This document shows positions 1-11,244 of a stretch of DNA of 64,000 nucleotides, in pieces. The stretch is taken from assembly GCA_026387175.1 (NCBI GenBank), contig JAPLME010000004.1, positions 447 to 64,446 of the forward strand. Direction: 5' to 3'. The position numbers and the translations under genes were made by a program. The notes under the pieces are model-generated. The model made no database searches, was not told the DNA's origin, and was given only the letters and a program-made list of their open reading frames with translations. This DNA comes from Candidatus Omnitrophota bacterium. Lineage in GTDB: Bacteria > Omnitrophota > Gorgyraeia > 2-01-FULL-45-10. Numbering within the stretch: the first letter of the stretch is position 1; each line of letters starts with the position of its first letter.

Positions 1-4
1 AGCA

Positions 5-81
5 GGGCCTATAGCTCAGCTGGCTAGAGCGCCGTGCTGATAACGCGGAGGTCTCTGGTTCGACTCCAGATGGGCCCACCA
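5..81 (+). tRNA. tRNA-Ile (anticodon GAU) in the 16S-23S spacer
   Basis: Cloverleaf-compatible sequence gggcctatagctcagctggctagagcg...ctGATaacg...ggttcgactcc...gggcccacca with a GAT anticodon loop and a CCA end. This is the typical rrn spacer tRNA. Confidence 0.88.
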
Positions 82-101
82 GTTTGTACGATGAGATAAC
101 C

Positions 102-177
102 GGGGACATAGCTCAATTGGGAGAGCGCCAGCTTTGCAAGCTGGAGGTTACCGGTTCGATCCCGGTTGTCTCCACCA
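102..177 (+). tRNA. tRNA-Ala (anticodon UGC) in the 16S-23S spacer
   Basis: ggggacatagctcaattgggagagcgccagcttTGCaagctgg...ggttcgatcccggttgtctccacca. It has the G3:U70-type acceptor stem, a TGC anticodon and a CCA end. Confidence 0.88.
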
Positions 178-379
178 GCTTTTGCAATGGTCTTCAGCGG
201 CAAAAGCGTCCCGACGATCTAACTGGGGACAGCTTTTGCGCAGATAATAAACGACTTGATCATTCATTTTGTAACGATTTTGTTCCTTTATAAAAGGAAC
301 AGCTCGTTCTTTGACAACACAGGTTTAAGTGACAAAGGTAAATCGAGCATCAGCATGCCATTTTATGACGAATTAAAAT

Positions 380-3333
<2,954 letters not shown>

Positions 3334-3417
3334 TTTTATTTTTGAAAATGGCATTGATGCGATGTTCGATCGCACCCATGTTCACTTAAATCAGTGTTGT
3401 CGGAGTTTTACAGAAAT

Positions 3418-3535
3418 TCCCGGTGCTACCAGCGGAGGGGTCACACCCGTTCCCATTCCGAATACGGAAGTTAAGCCCTCCAGCGTCGATGGTACTTGCT
3501 GGGCAACTGGCTGGGAGAGTAGACCAGTGCCGGGT
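3418..3535 (+). rRNA. rrf: 5S ribosomal RNA
   Basis: Conserved 5S core ccgttcccattccgaatacggaagttaag...gtagaccagtgccggg. The ends can pair to form helix I. It lies immediately downstream of the 23S gene. Confidence 0.9.
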
Positions 3536-3543
3536 TTATTTTA

Positions 3544-3580
3544 AAAGAGCCCTGCGATTCAATGCAGGGCTCTTTTAACA
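3544..3580 (+). terminator. Rho-independent terminator of the rRNA operon
   Basis: Perfect inverted repeat agagccctgc/gcagggctct around the loop gattcaat, followed by tcttttaa. Confidence 0.8.
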
Positions 3581-3607
3581 AATCAAGATAAGGAGGTGAG
3601 ACAGGCA

Positions 3608-3715
3608 ATGAAGTGTCCTAATTGCGGCAAGAAACTGGATCACGTTGACAATGAGTGCGGATGGTGCACATTCTGCGGCACAGTCCACGAAGCCACCGGT
3701 GTATCTGCAGCATAA
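3608..3715 (+). CDS. 35-aa zinc-ribbon protein (MKCPNCGKKLDHVDNECGWCTFCGTVHEATGVSAA). It is absent from the ORF track because it is shorter than 60 aa.
   Basis: ATG is preceded by the strong SD aaggaggtg. Two CxxC pairs (CPNC, CTFC) form a 4-Cys ribbon. An in-frame TAA ends it at 3713-3715. Confidence 0.55.
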   Translation: MKCPNCGKKLDHVDNECGWCTFCGTVHEATGVSAA

Positions 3716-3751
3716 TTCAGAAAATATCATTCCCGGAATTATAGATAATTC

Positions 3752-3780
3752 TTGAAAAGAGGCGCCCTTTATACTATAAT
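3752..3780 (+). promoter_or_regulatory. Sigma70-like promoter (-35 ttgaaa, 17-nt spacer, -10 tataat)
   Basis: Motif spacing was read directly from the sequence. Downstream lie a GC-rich hairpin (gagctcccgc tttagc gggagctc, about 3840-3866) and then the 3898 ORF. Confidence 0.45.
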
Positions 3781-3897
3781 ATTTAAAATAAAGGGACGAT
3801 GATGTATTTCACGGTTATGACAGATTGATGTATTGACAGAGCTCCCGCTTTAGCGGGAGCTCTTCTTATTGTTCCGGGATACGATAAGTATTCTTAA

Positions 3898-4182
3898 ATG
3901 GGTGAGGATGATATGAGATATGAAAAGTTGGCAGTTGCTATTATGCTGATCGGAATGCCTGTTTTGGCGTACGCCGCTGATAGCGGGCAGACGGAAAAGG
4001 ATGGTTTTGTATCGAGCGCTATATCGGACGTGTTCGATAAGGTCGATAAAGTCACATCCGGAGAGAAACCTATCCTTGAGTCGGTGAATGATTATGATAT
4101 GGATTCCTCAGGGCATAAGATACCTAAGAGGCGGAGCGATAAATATAAGAAGTCGGCGCTTGAAGAGAAGCTGGGCGAATAG
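3898..4182 (+). CDS. Small secreted hypothetical protein with an N-terminal signal peptide
   Basis: ORF track. Hydrophobic N-terminus with an AYA-AD cleavage-like site. An internal ATG at 3913 is an alternative start. Confidence 0.5.
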   Translation: MGEDDMRYEKLAVAIMLIGMPVLAYAADSGQTEKDGFVSSAISDVFDKVDKVTSGEKPILESVNDYDMDSSGHKIPKRRSDKYKKSALEEKLGE

Positions 4183-4202
4183 GATAAAGAGGAGCGGGGG
4201 GT

Positions 4203-4574
4203 ATGAAGAAGATATTGATAATCGATGATGAAGAAGAGTTTGTCTCATTTATGAAGACGAACATCGAACTAAGGTACGACTACGAGGTTATCGCGGCCTT
4301 GGACGGCGAGACAGGGCTCAGGGCCGCGGAGAGCATCGGGCCGGACCTCGTGCTTCTGGATATAAATATGCCGGGGATGAACGGCTTTGAAGTGCTGAAG
4401 AAGCTCAGGGAGAACGGAAAGACAAAGGCTATTCCGGTTATTATGGTTACCGCGAGGACCGATGATGAGACTATGATGGAGGCGCTTAAACTGCATGACG
4501 ACGGTTATGTGGTAAAGCCAGTAAAGATAGAAGAATTGGAGAAAAAGATGGAAGAAGCGCTGGGGGAGGAATGA
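4203..4574 (+). CDS. Stand-alone response-regulator receiver (CheY-like REC) protein
   Basis: Carries the conserved acidic pocket (DDEEE), the phospho-acceptor region LLDINMPGMNG and the T/K region VIMVTA...VVKP. No output domain. Confidence 0.85.
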   Translation: MKKILIIDDEEEFVSFMKTNIELRYDYEVIAALDGETGLRAAESIGPDLVLLDINMPGMNGFEVLKKLRENGKTKAIPVIMVTARTDDETMMEALKLHDDGYVVKPVKIEELEKKMEEALGEE

Positions 4575-4575
4575 A

Positions 4576-5043
4576 ATGAAGAAACGGGTTAAGCCGGACA
4601 TCGCCGGTCTGATCGATAAAATGCAGCAGCAGCTGATCTCTTTAGAGAAGAAGATAGATACCCTGATCGGCCGTTCTTCGCCAAGGCCTTTCGAAGAAAA
4701 AAATTATTCAAGACCCGTCCAGCCGGCTGATCAGTCCCACCGTTATAATGAAAGAAAACAAGAGGACAGGTTCAGGGAAAGAATCTTACATAAAGCGGTA
4801 TGCGCGGACTGCCATAAGGAATGTGAGGTCCCTTTCAAGCCAAGCGGCGACCGACCGGTATACTGCAAGGAGTGCTTCTCAAAACGCAAGAATAGCGGTT
4901 CATTTAACGCGAAACCCGATAATAAGCCCGGAAAAGAAGGTATTGTTCAGGTGATTCGTCCCAATAAACATAATGTTAGCGAAACTCAAAAACCCGCCGT
5001 AAAGAAGAAACCAGGTTTACGAAATCGAAAGAAGCGGGTATGA
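4576..5043 (+). CDS. CxxC-x17-CxxC zinc-ribbon protein with a lysine/arginine-rich C-terminus
   Basis: CADCHKECEVPFKPSGDRPVYCKECF motif. Basic tail KKKPGLRNRKKRV. Translationally coupled to the REC gene (ATGA overlap). Confidence 0.6.
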   Translation: MKKRVKPDIAGLIDKMQQQLISLEKKIDTLIGRSSPRPFEEKNYSRPVQPADQSHRYNERKQEDRFRERILHKAVCADCHKECEVPFKPSGDRPVYCKECFSKRKNSGSFNAKPDNKPGKEGIVQVIRPNKHNVSETQKPAVKKKPGLRNRKKRV

Positions 5044-5073
5044 CGCGAAAGAGATAACGAAAGGGGGTCGTGT

Positions 5074-5466
5074 ATGGCGAAGAGATGCAGAAAGTGCAGG
5101 GTCCCGCTTGAAGGGATCATGTACAAGCTGATAGCATCGACGATATTCGGCGTGAGGCCGTCTGCGAAGGATCCCGGACTGTGCAACAAATGCGATGCGT
5201 CGCAGGGGAAGGGCGCGATAGAGGGGAAAGAGATAGGGAAGATAGCCCACTATTATGGGCACCTGAGCGTTGGGATCATAGAGTTAAGCGGAGAGCTCAA
5301 GGCAGGCGATAAGATTCATATCAAAGGGCATACTTCCGATTTTAAGCAAGGCGTGGCATCCATGCAGATCAATCATGAAAATGTATCGGGAGGTAAGAGC
5401 GGTGACCTCGTCGGAATAAAAGTATCGCAAAAAGTCCATCCGGGCGATAAGGTTTATAAGGTATAA
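5074..5466 (+). CDS. N-terminal zinc ribbon fused to a beta-barrel resembling EF-Tu domain 2
   Basis: CRKCRV...CNKCD ribbon. The C-terminal half has the pattern G.V..G.I..G....GD.....H..D, which resembles the translation-factor beta-barrel (domain 2) fold. Confidence 0.55.
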   Translation: MAKRCRKCRVPLEGIMYKLIASTIFGVRPSAKDPGLCNKCDASQGKGAIEGKEIGKIAHYYGHLSVGIIELSGELKAGDKIHIKGHTSDFKQGVASMQINHENVSGGKSGDLVGIKVSQKVHPGDKVYKV

Positions 5467-5501
5467 TGTTAAAAATGTTTAAAAAATAGGAGGGCGTTGA
5501 A

Positions 5502-5783
5502 GTGAAGAGACTATTGGTTATAGCTGTGACGGGAATATTTATGATGAGTCTGGTGTGCGGATGTGCGTATGCCCAGGCTAAAGAAGACAAATCGCCCGTA
5601 AACGTTGGAAATACCGTATGTCCGGTGCTCGGGACAAAGATAACGCCGGGCACTACACCGACAGTCGAATATAATGGAAAGATCTATAATGTCTGCTGCC
5701 CGATGTGCATAGGGGAATTTAAGAATAATCCGGAAAAGTATGTCGCCATCGTTGAGAAACAGATGAAGGAACAGGGCAAATAG
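5502..5783 (+). CDS. YHS/TRASH-domain metal-binding lipoprotein
   Basis: Lipobox LVCGC. CPVLG...YNGKIYNVCCPMCIGEFKNNPEKY matches the YHS/TRASH metal-binding signature. Confidence 0.7.
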   Translation: MKRLLVIAVTGIFMMSLVCGCAYAQAKEDKSPVNVGNTVCPVLGTKITPGTTPTVEYNGKIYNVCCPMCIGEFKNNPEKYVAIVEKQMKEQGK

Positions 5784-5793
5784 CGGAGTATGG

Positions 5794-6084
5794 ATGACGG
5801 CAAGATACATAGGCATAGCGGCAGCGCTGATTATCGCAGGGTTATGTTTTTCGGCGCAAGCCGAGGAGAAGGATACCGCTAAGGGATTGGATATGGTATC
5901 AGATACTGTAGCAGCCGCATTTAGTAAAGCAAATGCTCTTATTTCCGGCAATCTGGATGTCACGATGTCATTAGATAAACCGGATACTAAAGAGCAATCT
6001 ACCACAAATGCGCTCGGACAGAGAGTTCCTAAATCTACGGCAATAAAGTCGGCCGGATCATTACATAATGATGAGCCGCTATAA
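5794..6084 (+). CDS. Secreted hypothetical protein
   Basis: ORF track. Signal-peptide-like N-terminus with AQA cleavage. Confidence 0.35.
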   Translation: MTARYIGIAAALIIAGLCFSAQAEEKDTAKGLDMVSDTVAAAFSKANALISGNLDVTMSLDKPDTKEQSTTNALGQRVPKSTAIKSAGSLHNDEPL

Positions 6085-6120
6085 TGACATATTGTATTTA
6101 CTAAAAAAGGGGAGGGAAGA

Positions 6121-6195
6121 ATGCCGAAAAAATATACCCGCGCGATGAGGCGTAAAGATCTAAGGCGTAAGAAGAGAAAAGCGAGAAAGAAATAA
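6121..6195 (+). CDS. 24-aa highly basic peptide (MPKKYTRAMRRKDLRRKKRKARKK)
   Basis: Perfectly placed strong SD ggggaggg 6 nt upstream of the ATG. In-frame TAA. Composition resembles small basic ribosomal peptides (Thx/bS22-like). Confidence 0.35.
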   Translation: MPKKYTRAMRRKDLRRKKRKARKK

Positions 6196-6203
6196 GGGGG
6201 ATT

Positions 6204-6587
6204 CTATTTAAGTATATTCTCTATATCAGGCGGCAGTGAATCGGTTTTTCTTATGAAGGCCACGCCGATATTATATTTACCGTCCTCATCCTCCTCGATC
6301 CTTACCACCTTGCCTATCAGCTTATTGTCGACCGTCATCGCATTTTCTTCTATTTCATGACAGATGCCCGTAGTGCGATAATCCAGATCGAGCTCAAGTA
6401 TGCTGGAGATGTCCGGAAGATGATCGCTCTTGAAGAGCAATCCGGAGACGCTTAGGTTTTTTGAGATGCCGCTGACCAGTTTTAACGCGGATTTGCTGTG
6501 CCTGGGAGAAAGTAATATTTTAAAATTTACGGGCTTATTATAACTATATCGCACGAACTCTCTTTTGTTTTCAGGGTTTGTATTCAT
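6204..6587 (-). CDS. PilZ-domain c-di-GMP-binding protein
   Basis: Translation from the internal Met (MNTNPENKREFVRYSYNKPVNFKIL...) gives an RxxxR motif and a later (D/N)xSxxG-like motif (NLSVSGLLF). SD ggagaggcgaga lies upstream of that ATG. The longer ORF-track start runs into the neighbouring gene. Confidence 0.7.
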   Translation of the reverse strand: MNTNPENKREFVRYSYNKPVNFKILLSPRHSKSALKLVSGISKNLSVSGLLFKSDHLPDISSILELDLDYRTTGICHEIEENAMTVDNKLIGKVVRIEEDEDGKYNIGVAFIRKTDSLPPDIENILK

Positions 6588-6714
6588 TCTCGCCTCTCCT
6601 TTCTCGAGAATTTTATACCATGAATAAATCAAAATGGCAATGCAAATGTGCGTTGCGCGGTTTTGAAAATTACACTTGCTATAATCGGCCGCAGGTAATA
6701 ATATATTCCCAAGG

Positions 6715-6969
6715 ATGGACAAGTTAAATTTAATAGCCACTATAGCCGGGATCTGCACGACCGCGTCTTTTTTACCGCAGGTCGTTAAAGTATATCATAC
6801 CAGGCATACCAAGGACCTTTCGCTGCCGATGTACGTTATTTTTTCCTGCGGCGTTTTCTTATGGGTATACTACGGAGTCATGATACAGAGCTGGCCGATA
6901 ATGATCGCTAACGGGACAACGTTTATCTTGTCGGTCTATATTCTGGCGATGAAGATCAGGTACAAATAA
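6715..6969 (+). CDS. SemiSWEET / PQ-loop sugar-transporter family membrane protein
   Basis: 84 aa, three predicted TM helices, PQ motif (FLPQ) in TM1. This is typical of bacterial SemiSWEETs. Confidence 0.75.
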   Translation: MDKLNLIATIAGICTTASFLPQVVKVYHTRHTKDLSLPMYVIFSCGVFLWVYYGVMIQSWPIMIANGTTFILSVYILAMKIRYK

Positions 6970-6982
6970 GACGGGGGGAAGA

Positions 6983-7213
6983 ATGGATAAAGCAGGCCTG
7001 CTTAAAGTTGTAAATCCGCTCTTGTTCATTTCGCTTGTTATTCAGGCGCTTACCGGGGTGATCGCGGCGCTGCATCTGTTTATTTCGAATCCGAAGCTCT
7101 TTGAGGCTATTATGGAGCTTCATAAACACAACGGTTTTGTATTTGTCGCCCTTGCCGGGACGCATCTCTACCTGAACTGGAACTGGGTGAAAGTACAGTT
7201 TTTTAAAAGATAG
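6983..7213 (+). CDS. Small membrane protein (DUF4405-like)
   Basis: ORF track. Two hydrophobic helices. Confidence 0.45.
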   Translation: MDKAGLLKVVNPLLFISLVIQALTGVIAALHLFISNPKLFEAIMELHKHNGFVFVALAGTHLYLNWNWVKVQFFKR

Positions 7214-7233
7214 CCTCCCGCCCCTATATTAAC

Positions 7234-7261
7234 TTGACTTTTAAGCCATATACCATATAAT
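7234..7261 (+). promoter_or_regulatory. Sigma70-like promoter upstream of the EF-G paralog (-35 ttgact, 16-nt spacer, -10 tataat)
   Basis: Read directly from the sequence. About 50 nt before ATG 7311, which has the SD ggaggt. Confidence 0.5.
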
Positions 7262-7310
7262 ATTTTCATATAATATCTCTCTAAAACATACAAATCCCGG
7301 AGGTATAATA

Positions 7311-9377
7311 ATGGCGATATTCGAAGCAAAAGATATAAGAAATATTGTATTATTGGGTCATTCCGGATGCGGGAAGACGTCATTGGCGGAGGCGCTTCTG
7401 TTAAATTCCGGTGCCATACCGAGGATGGGATCTATAGCGGAAAAGAACACAGTTTCGGATTACAACGAAGATGAGAAAGAGCATAAGTGCTCGATAAGCT
7501 CATCGTTGATATCGCTCAATTCGCGCGATAAAAAGATCAATATAATAGATACCCCCGGCTATACGGACTTCATAGGCGAGATGATAGGTGGCCTGAGGGC
7601 GGCCGATGCCAGCATCATCGTAGTCAACGCGGCCGGAGGCGTGGAGATAGGCACGGAGAAGGCGCAGAGGATGTCATGTGAAAAGGGCGTGCCATCCATG
7701 TTCTTTATCAATAAGCTGGACCAGGAGCATGCCGATTTTACCAAGTGCATTGACGGCATAACCAGAAAATTCAGAAAGAGCTGCGTCCTCGTAGCGTATC
7801 CCATCGGCGAGAAGTCATCGTTTAAAGGCGTGGTAAACCTGGTCACCCGTAAAGGCCTGGACGCCCTATCGGATCATGATAAGGTCGCCGCAAAGGCCGC
7901 GATCGATACGCTCTCGGAGGCGGTTGCCGAGACCGATGATGCGCTCCTGGAGAAGTATCTCGATAAAGGCGAATTATCGGTAGATGAACTTACGAGTGCC
8001 CTGAGAAAGGCTGTCGATAATGGAACCATCCATCCGATAATGTGCGGTTCGTCGACAGCGAACATAGGCGTAAAAGAGCTTCTGGATTTTATCGTAGATT
8101 TTTTACCGTCTCCCGCAGAAATGCCGCAGGTCGAAGCGACCAGGCCCGGCACGGACGGCGCAGAGAGATTTGCCGTGAAATTGGACCCGAACGGGCCGTT
8201 TTCGGGATTTGTCTTCAAGACGCTGTCCGACCCGTTTCTTGGACAGCTGTCTATATTTAAAGTGTTTTCGGGTAAATTGCAATCAAACGGCGGATTCTAC
8301 AATGTGAACAGGTCGACTAAAGAGAGGATAGGCCAGATATTCACTCTACGCGGTAAGCAACAGATACCGATGGAGACGGTTCAGGCGGGCGACATCGCAT
8401 GCGTCTCAAAATTAAAGGATACGCGCACGGGTGACAGCATATGCGACGATAAGAATCAGGTGAAATTCGAGGATATAAATTTTCCGGAGCCCGCGATAGC
8501 TTTTTCGCTTAAACCTAAGACGCGCTCCGATGAAGACAAAATAGGCAATGCGCTTCACAAACTGACCGCGGAAGATCCGACATTCAAGGTGTCGCGCGAT
8601 GAGCAGACTAAAGAGGTTATCGCTAACGGGATGGGCGATCTCCATATCGGCATGATGATAAACAGGATGCGGATGCGTTACGGCGTCAATGTGGATCTGG
8701 GCACGCCGAAGGTCGCTTACAAAGAGACCATCACCGGTAAAGGCGACGCGCAGTACCGCCATAAGAAGCAGTCGGGCGGAGCCGGACAGTTTGCCGAAGT
8801 CTGGATGAGGATAGAGCCGCTCGAGAGGGGGAGAGGTTTCGAGTTTGTCGATGAAGTGGTAGGCGGCGCCATACCGAGACCGTTCGTAGTGAGCTGCGAA
8901 AAGGGCATCAAGACCGCCCTGCAGTCCGGATCTCTGGCCGGTTTCCCGGTGGTGGACGTCAGGGCCATAGTTTATGACGGCAAGACGCATCCCGTGGACT
9001 CGAAGGACATAGCGTTCCAGACGGCCGCCAAGTTTGCTTTCAGGGAGTCTTTACAAAAGGCAAGGCCCGTGATCCTGGAGCCGATAATGGATGTCGATAT
9101 CATTGTGCCGGATACGCTTGTGGGGGATATCGCGGGAAGCCTGAATTCCCGCCGCGGCAGGGTGATGGGGATGGAGCCGGGCGAGGATGTTCAGACTATA
9201 AAGGCGAAGATGCCGTTAGGGGAGATGTACAAGTATGTTAATGAGCTGAAGTCGATCACGGGCGGCCGTGGGACATATACTATGACTTTTTCGCACTATG
9301 ATGTAGTGCCGTCTAATGTGGCACAGGTGATCATTGAAAAAGCAAAGCTGACCAAGAAAGAGGAAGTGGAGGAGTAA
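7311..9377 (+). CDS. Elongation factor G paralog (EF-G2-like translational GTPase)
   Basis: Full five-domain EF-G architecture with G1 GHSGCGKTS, G4 NKLD and EF-G domains IV/V. It is not in a str-operon context. Switch II reads DTPGYTDF, so the catalytic His of DTPGH is replaced by Tyr. Confidence 0.85.
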   Translation: MAIFEAKDIRNIVLLGHSGCGKTSLAEALLLNSGAIPRMGSIAEKNTVSDYNEDEKEHKCSISSSLISLNSRDKKINIIDTPGYTDFIGEMIGGLRAADASIIVVNAAGGVEIGTEKAQRMSCEKGVPSMFFINKLDQEHADFTKCIDGITRKFRKSCVLVAYPIGEKSSFKGVVNLVTRKGLDALSDHDKVAAKAAIDTLSEAVAETDDALLEKYLDKGELSVDELTSALRKAVDNGTIHPIMCGSSTANIGVKELLDFIVDFLPSPAEMPQVEATRPGTDGAERFAVKLDPNGPFSGFVFKTLSDPFLGQLSIFKVFSGKLQSNGGFYNVNRSTKERIGQIFTLRGKQQIPMETVQAGDIACVSKLKDTRTGDSICDDKNQVKFEDINFPEPAIAFSLKPKTRSDEDKIGNALHKLTAEDPTFKVSRDEQTKEVIANGMGDLHIGMMINRMRMRYGVNVDLGTPKVAYKETITGKGDAQYRHKKQSGGAGQFAEVWMRIEPLERGRGFEFVDEVVGGAIPRPFVVSCEKGIKTALQSGSLAGFPVVDVRAIVYDGKTHPVDSKDIAFQTAAKFAFRESLQKARPVILEPIMDVDIIVPDTLVGDIAGSLNSRRGRVMGMEPGEDVQTIKAKMPLGEMYKYVNELKSITGGRGTYTMTFSHYDVVPSNVAQVIIEKAKLTKKEEVEE

Positions 9378-9378
9378 A

Positions 9379-10116
9379 ATGAGCGGACATTCAAAATGGG
9401 CTACTATTAAACACAAGAAGGCGGCGACGGACGCGAAGCGCGGCTCGCTCTTCACAAAGCTTATCAAGGAAATAACCATAGCGGCCAGGTCGGGCGGTAA
9501 GCCGGAAACCAATCCAAGACTCAGGGTGGCCATAGAGCGCGCCAAGGAAGCAAGCATGCCGGCCGACAATATAGACCGCGCGGTAAAAAAGGGCACGGGC
9601 GAGCTCGAAGGCGTAAGCTATGAAGATATAACGCTGGAGGGCTACGGTCCGGGCGGCGTGGCGATCTATATCGAGGGTGTCAGCGATAATAGGAACCGCA
9701 CCACCAGCGAGATCAGGACCATATTCTCCAAGAGAGGCAGCAATATGGCCGGCGCCGGTTCCGTAGGCTGGATGTTCGAGAAGAAGGGGTATTTCGTTAT
9801 CAATAAAAATACTATCGATGAAGACAAACTTATGAGCATAGCGCTGGATGCCGGCGCGGAGGATCTGGTGACGGAGGGTGAAAGTTATGAGGTGAAGACC
9901 GCTCCGGCCGATTTCTTTAAGGTGAAGAAAGCTCTCGAGGATAATAAGATCGCCACCGAGGATGCGGAGATAACGCTTATTCCCAAGTCTACGGTGAAAG
10001 TAGAAGGAGATGACGCTAAGAAAGTGCTGGAGCTCGTGGACGCGCTGGAAGAACACGAGGACGTCCAGCACGTTTATGCCAATTTTGATATACCGGATGA
10101 TCTGATAAAGGAATAA
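9379..10116 (+). CDS. yebC: YebC/PmpR-family transcriptional regulator
   Basis: MSGHSKWATIKHKK... canonical N-terminus. Conserved position upstream of ruvC. Confidence 0.92.
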   Translation: MSGHSKWATIKHKKAATDAKRGSLFTKLIKEITIAARSGGKPETNPRLRVAIERAKEASMPADNIDRAVKKGTGELEGVSYEDITLEGYGPGGVAIYIEGVSDNRNRTTSEIRTIFSKRGSNMAGAGSVGWMFEKKGYFVINKNTIDEDKLMSIALDAGAEDLVTEGESYEVKTAPADFFKVKKALEDNKIATEDAEITLIPKSTVKVEGDDAKKVLELVDALEEHEDVQHVYANFDIPDDLIKE

Positions 10117-10601
10117 TGCGGATACTCGGAATAGACCCGGGTTTAGGAACAACAGGATACGGCATCATAGACGGCAATAGCTTTAAAGTGATCGAGGCCG
10201 GGACCATACGGACCAGGACCGGCTCTCCGGTCCAGGAGCGCATTAAAAAGATATTCGACGAGATATCTGGTATCATCGAAGAGCATCGGCCGGGCGTTCT
10301 GGTGCTGGAGAAGATATATTCGCATTACAAGCATCCTGCCACGTCGATACTGATGGCCCACGCGCGCGCGATGGCGTGCCTTGTCTGCGGTAAGTTTAAT
10401 ATCGAACTTGTTAATTATCCCTCCACGAGGATCAAGAAAGTAATAACAGGCAACGGCCACGCTTCCAAGGTCCAGGTTCAACGGATGGTCCGGGATCTGT
10501 TGAAATTAAAAAAGACGCCTGAGCCGGTAGATGTGAGCGATGCGCTTGCGATGGCGATAACTTACTGCTTCGTAGAGAGGAGTCCGCTGGAACTGCGCTA
10601 A
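10116..10601 (+). CDS. ruvC: Holliday-junction resolvase RuvC
   Basis: MRILGIDPGL...GYG N-terminus and RNase H-like catalytic acidic residues. Synteny yebC-ruvC-ruvA-ruvB. Confidence 0.92.
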   Translation: MRILGIDPGLGTTGYGIIDGNSFKVIEAGTIRTRTGSPVQERIKKIFDEISGIIEEHRPGVLVLEKIYSHYKHPATSILMAHARAMACLVCGKFNIELVNYPSTRIKKVITGNGHASKVQVQRMVRDLLKLKKTPEPVDVSDALAMAITYCFVERSPLELR

Positions 10602-10602
10602 G

Positions 10603-11244
10603 ATGATAGCCTATATTTCGGGAAAGATACGCAAGAAGAAACAGCTGAGCGTCATCATAGACGTGGGGGGAGGCATATCCTATGAAGTGATGATGCCGTC
10701 CGCCGTTATGAAAGGGCTCGATAAGGCCAGGGCCGAAGACGGAGCGGTAACACTGATCACCTACCATTATTACCAGATGGACCCTTCCAAAGCAATACCG
10801 GTGCTTGTCGGATTTTTAAGCGAGATCGAAAAAGAGTTCTTCGAACATTTCATAACAGTTTCCGGGGTCGGGCCAAAGGCAGCCTGCAGGGCGCTGATCC
10901 AGCCGTTTTCGGTCATCGCGGGGGCGATCGATAGAGGCGACGTGGCTATGCTTAAGACTATGCCGGGAATAGGCGAACAGAGGGCCCGCGAGATCATCGC
11001 GAAACTTCAGGGCAAGATTGGAAAATTCGGGCTTATTCAGGATGGAGGCGATGAGGCGGTGTCTATGGCCAAAGAGGATATAAAAGAAGAGGCGGTCAGT
11101 CTTTTGGTGCAGTTGCTATATAAGAGAAATGAGGCGCGCGGTATGGTCGAAGCCGCTATTAAACGTAATCCGAAAGCGTCAAACTGCGAAGAGATATTAA
11201 ATGAAGTCTATAAGGGATCTAAAGTGAGGTTGAATTCCAGATGA
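10603..11244 (+). CDS. ruvA: Holliday-junction DNA helicase subunit RuvA
   Basis: MIAYISGKI... start, HhH motifs (GVGPKAA, MPGIGEQRAREI), C-terminal domain III. Confidence 0.9.
   Translation: MIAYISGKIRKKKQLSVIIDVGGGISYEVMMPSAVMKGLDKARAEDGAVTLITYHYYQMDPSKAIPVLVGFLSEIEKEFFEHFITVSGVGPKAACRALIQPFSVIAGAIDRGDVAMLKTMPGIGEQRAREIIAKLQGKIGKFGLIQDGGDEAVSMAKEDIKEEAVSLLVQLLYKRNEARGMVEAAIKRNPKASNCEEILNEVYKGSKVRLNSR

Noticed and set aside
4269-4601. 110-aa minus-strand ORF overlapping the receiver-domain gene
   Set aside because: It is antisense to a clearly conserved REC domain and has no start or RBS context.
9391-10152. 253-aa minus-strand ORF antisense to yebC
   Set aside because: It is the shadow frame of a well-supported + strand gene. 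It has no domain signal and a Leu/Arg-rich composition typical of antisense frames. The same applies to other long antisense ORFs, for example 31411-32313 opposite obg, 8412-8990 opposite the EF-G paralog, 36875-37456 opposite argS and 22748-23266 opposite pilC.
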